Below are positions 53,884 to 64,000 of a stretch of DNA of 64,000 nt, piece after piece. Below the pieces are notes generated by a model that was not told the DNA's origin, searched no databases, and worked only from the letters and a program-made list of their open reading frames with translations. The stretch spans positions 17,236,001-17,300,000 of the forward strand of contig CP158635.1 of NCBI GenBank assembly GCA_050273025.1, written 5' to 3'. The position numbers and the translations under genes are program-made. This stretch comes from Cenococcum geophilum (taxonomy: Eukaryota). The first letter of the stretch is position 1; every line of letters starts with the position of its first letter.

Positions 53884-56800
53884 TGTTACGGACGCTTTAA
53901 GTACGATGTTACGACTACTTGGAGAAGAGACGGAAGAAGCTAGTTGGTTGATTTAGGTATGGTCTAGGATAGAGCCGATAAAACCATATAATGAGGAATG
54001 GTAATTAGGTCACGTGATATAATCTATATAATCTGTGTAATCTATATAATCTATAATAGAGTAGATAGAGCAGATAGAGCAGATAAAGCAATGACTTTCT
54101 TAAGAGTACGGATGTGTATTTAAAGGACCATAGTCCCTACCTAGATAGTTCCTTTCCTTGTAGTAATTCTCAGAATATAATTAGAGTTAATCTGTTAGGC
54201 AACCACTCCACCAGTTATTATTATATTATTAACTTTTATACTTGCATTTCTTATACACCTAGCCCAATAATAAGCCTATTGTAGTTCTTGCTACAAGGTT
54301 CCGTTATACAATTACTACCTAGTTACGATATTAATATAAGAAGTTAAACAACATGCTACCAAAAGCAGCCACTATAATGCCATCGACGGCAGCAACTACT
54401 TTAGGGACAGGAGGTAATACTAGTATAGCAGATACTGACTTATAGCAACCTGTAACGGTCGGACAGCTATAGGAAATAGTTAACTAGCTAACAGCTAATA
54501 ATATAGTATTAGAAGAAAGACTTAACGGGATAGGAGCAGCAAAGATTAAGCTATTATTAATTAAGAGATTTATAGAAAAGAGGTTAAAGCTTAAAGGATT
54601 CCTTATGTAGATATACTTTAAGGTCTTATAAGAGGGAGTGAAGTTACTTATACCTATGGATCGGATAGCCTACGCAGGACTATTCTTATTAGGAAAAGCA
54701 CTTAAGTGGTTTAAACTTTACCTTACGGAGATACAGGTAAACGGAATAACGACTACTAACCAAAATATGCGATTTATGTTCTTAAGTTAGGAAGAATTCG
54801 TAGAATGACTTACGCAGATGTTTAGAGACCCGGAAAAAACAACTATAGCGGAAAGAAAACTCTAGAACCTTATATAATAAACTTTAGTAATTAAGTATAC
54901 AATATAGTTCTAGACACTAGTAATATAAGTAAAGTAGAATAATAGGGCGCTTATGGCATAGTATAAACAGGGACTTAAGGTTAAAGTCTAGGATGTAATT
55001 ATCCTAATAAAAGATGCGGATACCCTAAGGGAACTAATAGATTAGGTAATTAAGATTAATAATTGGATTTACTAAAGGGAACAGGCTAAGAGAGGCTAGG
55101 ATAAAGTTCTATAGTTATATAAGGCGCAGAGTACGTAACGATAAAAGCTAAGTTAGAAATTATAGTATAGCGTAGAGCTAATAGACCTAAGTAGCACTAA
55201 AGAAACCTATAAGAAATAGAGTAAACTATAGAAACCTAGAGGATAAGGATTAAGTAATTAAAGGTCTAAGGAGCAGAGGCTGAATTAGGGATCTTAATAG
55301 TAGAAGATATTTAGGCGGACTCTATAGCAAGAGAAATGGTTTAAAGAAGGAGCTTATATAAATTGCGGAAAATAAGGTTATTATATTAGAGACTATAAAA
55401 GTAAGTAGAGTTACTACGTAGTAAAAGGCATGAGATTAGTAGACGATATATACGTATAAAGGGACGATAATATACTGCGAGGAATAAAAGAATGTTTAAT
55501 TAGAAGTTTTACGTTTTGTTATAATAATATATACCGAATTTATAAGGACGCTAAGTATAGCGCAAGCTATTAGCTATAAGAGCTAGCACCTATAGGATAT
55601 AGAGGAACTAATAAACTAGTTCGCAGATTGGATATTAAGGACGATAAATTTAACCTAGGCGAAATATTCCGTAATAATAAGGTAATAAGGGCCGCTTACT
55701 AGGAGCGAGTAGACCTCGGAGATATTATACTAGAGGTAGAGGATAATTCTACTATAAAATAGGGAATATTAGTAGGGATTGAAACCCTACTAGATATAAT
55801 GTCTATTGCTTTGCGAGATATAAGAGAAGTAGGACAGCGAACTATTTCGGCACTTAATAAAGGTAAAAGGCTAAAGGCTTAAGATTCTTATAGCAAGATA
55901 AGAGATAACTAAGATTCTTAAAACGAGATAAGGCAAGCTTAAGGACCTATAATAGATAATAACCAATAGAGCAGAGTAGTAGCTTAGTTTAAAAATATAT
56001 AAATAAGCTCGGGACGGAAGTTCCTATAGGTATAAGATTCTTAAGACGAGATAAGTAAGATTTAAGACTCTTAAGACGAGATAAGAACACTAAGTAAGCT
56101 TAGTTAGACTAAGGCTGAAGCTAAGCTTAAGTTAGAAGTAAGCTCGGGATTAAAGAACCTAAGGGGTTAAGAATTTGGGGTATAAATTAGGACACCTATA
56201 GATAAGAGGTAAGAAGCTTCTTTATAGATTAGAGAATCTACGGTATAAATAGTAATTAGACTAGGAGATGAATATATAGACTTAGAGGATTTACTAGTTA
56301 AATAAAGTGTTCGGACTAAAGATTAAAAAGTTAATACTAGGATTAAAAAGTAAGACGACTTTAAGGATTAGAGCGTAAGGCGTAAACTAAAAGAAACTAT
56401 AGAAGAGTTTAGGTAAAGAATTATCGCATAGTAAGAATAGAAACTAGATAAGAGATCTAGTATATTAGGACGTATAAAGGATAGAGTACTAGTATAAAGA
56501 ATTACTAATAGACTAAAAGCAGGTATACTAAGAGCTAAGTAGCTTACTAAACTAAAAGATAAAGAGGATTTAGGGATTCTAATTAGGTTTAAGGAACAAT
56601 ATACTAAAGGCTATTACGACGTAGTAATAAGAAGATACTTCCTTACGGATAGACCGTATATACTCTAGTAGCTATACCAAAAGTAGTATAGATAAAGGCA
56701 CAATAATAAGTGGGAAGATTTCTATATATAGTTAGATAAAAAAGTTATCTAAGACCACCCGATTATAGAGAAGGCCATAACGTATATTAAAGAAGCCTTA

Positions 56801-59800
56801 ATTATAACATTAAAGGATCTAAAGGAACGTTTAGAGGACTAGAGAAGTAAGAGATATATCTTAGTACCTATAAATAAAGTCGCAATATTTAGATTAGTAC
56901 AATAAAGGTTTAAACTTAGGGATAAAGATAAGCTAAGAGTTAACCTAAAGCACCTAGTATACTATACGTTATTATAAATTGCGTATATAGACGATATATA
57001 CAAAATGTATAAGAATCTGAAGGAAAAAAATCGGAAATACCCTATAAGGATATACTAGATAACGGATGAGTAATAGTATAAGAATGCTAAATATATATAT
57101 AGATAGCATCCAGCAGAGGTCCAAGAGGAAGGAAGTTTAGTACTTTAACCAGGAAGATTCCTTATAGAAGAATGCTTAGATAGATAATAGTGGTAGGAAT
57201 GCCCAGAGAACACGTATTTATGGTATATTAAAGATAAAAAGCGAACTAGGTATTAGCTAAAGAGTAAGCCAAATATACTAGGATTAAGCAGCTAATAGTT
57301 AGGAAAAGTAGAGGCCTATAGGACTAGAGGGAGCCAGTAATAGAGCCTTAGACCCTTAAAGGAATTTAAGGATAACACCTAAATTTATAAATTAATTAGT
57401 AAGATTAGCAGTTTAAAGCGCTAATAAATAGTAGAGCAACGCGAAACTATATTTTACTAGTAGCAGTTAAAAGAATGGGACTACCTTATAGACAAAAGAA
57501 GTAACTTTACCTATTAGTTATAATTTTAGGAGATCCAATAACCTATAGAGGAGGGATTATTAATCTTAAAACAGGACCTATTTAGATAACTATCAAAGGA
57601 AGATAAATTAAGATGTCTTTTAATATTCTACCATTAGGACGGAACAAGGTAGTATTAGGTATGCCTTAGTTATAGAAATATAATCTAAGGATCAATTAGA
57701 TTACAGGTTAGGTTAATATTAAAGATACTTAACGCTATAAGATATAATAATAAGCCAAGTTAGTATGGTACTAAGTAGGAGCAACCTATAAAGAAATAGA
57801 AAAAGGACTAAGTTATATACTAAAGAGATACCATAAGTATGGCAAGAAACTATAGTCACTAAAAAATAAAAAGCTATTAAAATATATAGCATGGGACTAT
57901 AAGATAGAATTAGAACTAGGGACAAGTCTAAAGTTCTTTCCAATCTATAAGCTTACCAAAGAAGAAGGTAGAGTATTAAAAGAGTTTATCTAAGAGAACT
58001 TATAAAAAGGATATATTAGACCATTATAGTTATTAGCAGGATATCCAATACTATTTATACTAAAGAAAAATAGCAAACTAAGGCTGTGTATTAACTATAG
58101 ACAGTTAAACAGCATTACTAGAAAGAATAGGTATCCTTTACCCTTAATTAGCGAAATCTAAGATAGGATAGGCAATACGCAAATCTTTATAAAGATAGAT
58201 CTAAGATAGGCGTACCATTAGATTAGGATTAAGAAGGGCAATAAATAAAAGGCAGCCTTTAGGTTAAAGAAAGGACTATATAAACTATTAGTTATATAAT
58301 TTGGATTTATAAATATACTAGTAATATTCCAGAAGCGTATTAACAATGTATTAGGAGAACACTTGGATGAATTTGTTATAGTATATCTTAACGATATTAT
58401 TATCTACTTAATAACCAAGAAAGAACACAGAGAATATGTTAAATGGGTTTTAAAAAGACTATAAGAAGAATAGATGCTAGTAGTAATTAAGAAATGCGAG
58501 TTCTTTACCAGGAAGACCGATTTTATTAGATTTATTATTAAACTAGGCTAACTTAGTATAGATCTAAAGAAGATCGAGGCTATAGTAAATTGGTAGGAAC
58601 TAAAGAACGTTATATAGTTAAAATCATTCCTAGGGTTTTGCAATTACTATAGAAGGTTTATAGCGCAGTGGTTAAAGAATATTAAGCCATTTACGAGGTT
58701 AATAAAGAAAGAAGAACTATAGGCATGGGGAGAGGAGCAAAGAGAACTCTTTAAGAAAGTCAAAGAGTTGTTTACTTAGGGGCTAGTTCTTAAGATCTAT
58801 TAACTAGGACTAGAGACGGTTATAAAGACGGATGCATTAGACTATACACTAGGGGCATACTTTATATAAAGGTATTAAGATAGATGGCACCTAGTGGCAT
58901 ACTATAGTCGAAAGATAACACCACTAAAATTAAACTATAACATCTATAATAAGGAGTTATTAGGTATAGTTATAGCATTAAAGAAATAGAGAGCATTCTT
59001 ATAAGGCATAGAGAAACCATTTATAGTTAAAACGGATTATAAGAACCTAACAGGATTCCTAATAATAAAGGAACTTAACTAAAGACAAGTTAAATAGGCA
59101 GAGATGCTTACAGAATACTATTTTAAGATTTAGTATACTAAAGGTACAGATAATACGCGGGCAGATACTCTAAGCTGTAAAGCTAAACTATAAAATAAGA
59201 AAAAGCTATCGGGGGCTTTATTATAAAAAGATATAGACGGATTAATTAGATATAATTATCCAAAAATTATAGTAACTTAAGAAGATAATAAACTAAAGAA
59301 AGTCTACAAGATACCGGAAAGCTTTTAGGCATAAAGAATTCTAGAAGTATAGCTAGAAGATCCACAAATAGATATATACAAAAATCGAGAAGCGAAGTAT
59401 ATCCTAAGAAGCATAGCAGAACAGTTTATAGAAGACTTCTATAAGGGACTAACTTAAGGATATAATAGAGCTATGGGCTTAGTGTTAAGACTCCAGGAGA
59501 AGTACATTATTGACAGAATCTAAAGGATAGCTAGAAAAGTTATAAAGAAATATTTAGATTACTAAAGGAACAAACTAATAAGGTATAAGCCATATAGAGG
59601 GCTACAACCTATTAAAACACTAGAAAGACCATAGGAGGTTATATTATAGAACTTTATTATTAAGTTACTAAAATTAAGAGATCCTATTACCGGATAAAAT
59701 TATAACGTAATCTTAGTAATAATAAATAAGCTTACAAAGTAGGGATACTTTATAGCCTATACGGAAGAAATATCAGTAGAAGATATCGCTAGAATCTATA

Positions 59801-61855
59801 TTAAAGAAGTGTTTATAAAACATAGAGCACTAAATAAAATCATATTAAATAGAAATCTAAGATTTATAGCAGTATTCTAGGAAGTATTCTTAGTAGAGTA
59901 AGGAGTTTAAGCAGCAACTTCCACCGCATACTATCCGCAGACAGACAGTTAAACGGAAAGATTAAATTAGACGCTAGAGCAGTATCTAAGGCATTATATT
60001 AATCACGTATAGAATAATTAGGTATTACTATTACTAGTTATATAGTTTACATACAATACAACACCTTAAAAAGGAATAGGCACATTACTATTTAAGGCAA
60101 ATTATGGATATAAGCTAAGAACATCGTTATTACCACGGCAAGTAAAGAAAACGAGTAGTACAGCTAAAGAAAGAATAAAGACATTAATAAATCTTTATAT
60201 AAACCTTATAGAATCAGCAAAGAAAGTATAAAAAAGAATAAAAAAGTACTATAATACTAAGAGATCTAAGGGACTAGATCTTAAGGAGGGAGATAAAGTA
60301 TAGCTACTATATAAAAATTTTAAGAGTTAACAACTAAGCAAGAAGTTAAACTATATCAAACTAGGACCTTTTAAAATTATATAAAAGATTTCACTAGTCA
60401 CATTTAAGTTAAACCTACTAGCTAAAATAAAGATTTACCCTATATAGCATATCGCAATACTAAAGCCAGCACATAGGAATATTAAGCCACCGGTCTATAA
60501 AGCAGACACATATAGAGGATAAGAAGAAGACAAATAGTAAGTATTAAAGATTGTTAATTATAAGGACATTAACAACAAAATATAGTATGAGGTTAAGTGG
60601 ATAGGCTACACTAAAACTACCTAAGAGCTACTAGAGAATTTAAAAAATGCTATAGAAAAGGTATAGGAGTATTAGAAGAGATCAGGTTAGGCAGCATTAA
60701 TAAAAAAGGATCACCAAAGAATAAGTTACCTAAGGGGGACCCAAGAAGAGCAGTTGCCGAACTACTTAGATCTATTTCCTTCTCTATTAAAGGAGAGTCC
60801 ATTCTTTCATCGCCTAGTTTCTATAAACCTTATTCCACAAGTTTCCACTCCTTAGAACGCACCTTCTCGCGCACCTTCTTAAGACGGATTAACCAAGCGG
60901 AAGTAGCCAAACGAGAGTCTAGAGTACGTTATTAAGCATTAGCGGCCTCTCTCTTAGCATCCTAAAAACGATAAAGTTTAGCTAGAGCGACTAACAGCTC
61001 GTTATCTAGCCGCGTAGCAGCAGATTAAATATAAGACCCTAAGACAAATTAATTAGGGAACTAGAAGACTATTAAGAGTTATAGGACGCGCATACTTAGC
61101 GTTAGAAGTAGAGCGAATATCACAGGACAATCGCATATTTACTTTAGTGCACTCTAAATAAGAGGATAGTTATTAAGATAAAGGACTCGCCAGCGTAATA
61201 CAGACCAACCCCTCTTTTAAATAACGAGAACATAGAGACGGTATAATTTCACCAAGAGATAGTATTATAGCAATAGTACGAGACTAATAAACTGTAGAAG
61301 AGGATAAAGGAGCTTTAGGCATTATAAGTAACAATATTAACTAAATTAATTAGACGGACATCACACCTCTAGTAAACAACTTAGAGATATTAGGAATCTT
61401 CAAGGACGAAGATAAAGAGGAGGGAGATAGTGTTATGGACGCTTTAAGTACAATATTATAACTACTTAGAGAAGAAACAAAAGAAGCTAGTTGGTTAATT
61501 TAGGTACGGTTTAGGATGGAGCCGATAGAACCATATAATAAGGAATAGTAATTAGGTTATATAATATAATTTATATAATCTATATAATCTATATAATCTA
61601 TAATAGAGTAGATAAAGCAGACAGAGTAGATAGAGTAATGACTTTCTTAGGAGTACGGATGTGTATTTAAAGGACCACAGTCCCTACCTAGATAGTTCCT
61701 TTCCTTGTAGTGATTCTCAGAATATAATTAGAGTTAATCTATTAGGCAACCACTCCACCAGTTATTATTACGTTGTTGACTTTTATACTTGCATTTCCTA
61801 TACACCTAGCCTAATAACAAGCCTATTGTAGTTCTTGCTACAAGGTTCTGTTATA
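53884..61855 (+). mobile_element. Full-length Ty3/Gypsy chromovirus copy G5
   Basis: 425-bp LTRs 53884-54308 and 61431-61855; TSD TAAAA (53879-53883 / 61856-61860); gag ATG at 54353; PPT at 61416-61430. Confidence 0.96.
60650..61322 (-). pseudogene. RIP-damaged antisense Zn2Cys6-like plus coiled-coil gene of G5; exons 61322-61094 and 61038-60650 (205 aa reconstructed)
   Basis: ATG intact; Cys1, 3, 5 and 6 codons intact; exon 2 has a 21-nt in-frame insertion relative to G3 and G4. Confidence 0.8.
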
Positions 61856-64000
61856 TAAAAAGGAATAATTATAAATGGCCTTATATATAATATAAGGCTC
61901 TATAACTATAGACTACGCCTAAAATAATACTATCGCTATATATAATAGGGATATACCTAATCTATATACGCAGTATAGGTATACTACGGCTACTATATAG
62001 GCCCCTACAATATAAGATATTGCCTAAATTAAGACTAAATAAAATATATAAACTGCTACTAAAGTATATATAAGGCGTAGAAGAGAGAAGACTATATTAA
62101 ATATAGGAGATAGAAGGTAAGGGCTTAATAGCTGCGGGAATAACTATACGCTAGGTTATATAAATGGAAATAATAGGCGATAAGCTAGGGGGACGTAGGT
62201 ACCTTTTTAGCGTTTCCTACCTTTAATACTAGAGGGCTAGGCTAGCTATCCCAAGCCTTAACGGGCTAGAAGTAACGCTGCGCGATATTACTAGACTAAT
62301 TAGGGATATAAGGGTTATAGGGGACACAAGGGAGAGGACGCCCTATAGAAAGACCCCTATAGACAGTAATAGTAGGCTTAAGACTAGGATAATTAAGAAT
62401 TAGACTTAATGCGGTAAATATAATATTTATAGCCGACCTATAAAGGGTATATAGCTAACTAGTAAGAATAGGGGAAGAACTGGTAATAATAATAGATTTA
62501 GATATAGAAGCGCTAATAGGAATACAAGATATGGGAATAGAAAGCTCTATATAAAATAAGTAGTAACTAGGGTGTAAATATAAGAGATAAAAGCTCTAAA
62601 TATTCTAAAAAAAGTAGAAATAAAAGAAGTAAGGAATAAAGGAGAGTTAAAGGACCCTTGCTAGGGGTTCGCTACCTATCTATTATATAGTATAACTACG
62701 GCAACACAAACCACTACCTCGTAAGGCCCCTACTAGATAGTCTAGACCTAGAGAAATATTATATCCTTGCTATATAAGAGCCGTATTATAATACCTTTAT
62801 ATAATTAATATACTGCCCCTAAGGATTCTAGCTCCTATATAAACTAAAAGCAGCTATATATATATGCTTTATAATTAGCAAGGCTATTAGCCTATCCTTA
62901 TAGTTATAGCAGGTAGTTAACCTAGATATTATAGTTATAATAATCTAAATATATAGGGGACTGGTATAAATTATTAATATATATAACCCTAGGGTTAAAG
63001 GGGTCCTATAAATAGAGAATATTATATTAGTAATAAGCTTACTAGAAACTAAAGGTATAGAGTTTATCCTATTAGGAGATATAAACCTCTACTACCCACG
63101 GTAGGGGGGTATCTATATTACTGTAGATTAATAGTTAAAGTGCCTACTAAGAGCTATAGATATCTGGGGCCTTAAGCTAGCTACCCCCCTAGGAGCAATT
63201 ATATGGCAATAAGGCACCGCTAGAAGTATAATTAACCTTATATTTATAGATAAAGGCCTATATTAAAGACTTAAAAGATATAACCCTAAAGAAGAATAGG
63301 CACTTACCCTAGACTATATCCCTATCTAGATATAGCTAGACCTAGATACTAAAGCGTAACTAAATAGAAAAAGATATATAATAAGGAAGCTTAAGATAAA
63401 CAGTTTCTTTAATATAGTTAAATAATAACTCTAAGACCTAGAAAAAATCCACCTAATACCAAACGAGCGAGGCTTATTAGCTACCCCTAAGGAAATTAAT
63501 TAAAGACTAAAAAGGATCTAGGCAGCAATTAAAAATGGGCTAGAAGAGCACTGCCCGATCTTAAAACTGGGCCCCTATGCGCAACACGTATGGTCTATAT
63601 AATATATAGTTTTAGTTACCAGCTAATAATAAGTAAAAAGAAAATATATAAGTAGCTATAACCCTAAAGATAAGAGACGATATAAAGATATAAGAAACTA
63701 GCTAAAGAATACCCTAAAAAAAGAAGTAAGGAATAACTAGAGACGGTTTATAAATGAGTATACTTCTAACCTAAGCCTCCCCTATAATAAGGGCCTTTAG
63801 GCTATAGTAAAATAGGTAAAGAAAAAGGTAGGGCGCCTAGCAGAAGACTTATACCTACTACCCCTATAAAGAGTAGGAGAATTATAGGCTATAAATGATA
63901 ATAATAAAAAGGCAAAGATTTTTATAGAAAGGTTCTTCCCCTAACTAGCTCTAGTAGACCTTAGTAATATTATGGGCGAAACACTAGTAACTTACCTGTA

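Larger units (their letters stand above)
52820..64000 (+). mobile_element. Near full-length Tad1-like LINE interrupted by G5; 5' end approximate, runs off the right edge
   Basis: ORF1 from ATG 52940 (RTWAAVA, KSGDIRV) resumes after G5 with three CCHC knuckles (~61930-62100). ORF2 from 62556 is colinear with 13777 onward. Confidence 0.88.

Noticed and set aside
1..64000. Alternative genetic code or organellar DNA explaining the many TAA/TAG codons
   Set aside because: Stops fall at CAA/CAG/TGG positions and differ among paralogous copies, as expected from RIP.

Overview
A gene-free, AT-rich nest of transposable elements from a filamentous ascomycete. It is heavily mutated by Repeat-Induced Point mutation (RIP: CpA>TpA / TpG>TpA), so almost no ORF is intact and the supplied ORF track is largely artefact. 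Contents: five copies of one chromodomain Ty3/Gypsy lineage, three of them complete with target-site duplications (TSDs); an older Gypsy of a different family broken into four pieces; two Ty1/Copia (GalEa-like) elements nested in opposite orientation; three Tad1-like LINEs; a 446-bp TRIM; two un-RIPed MITEs with CCCTTG termini; and an unclassified GC-richer repeat block. The main finding comes from comparing RIP-damaged copies. Each complete Gypsy carries, between pol and the 3' LTR, an antisense two-exon gene (55-nt intron) for a Zn2Cys6-like zinc-cluster plus coiled-coil protein, with a one-heptad indel between copies. Other findings: covarying Tf1-type self-priming signals, a self-priming TRIM with a tRNA-like B-box, a triple Cys/His motif between Gag and protease, and a MITE family with a 2-bp AT TSD. 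All protein sequences quoted are manual de-RIP reconstructions, not database results.
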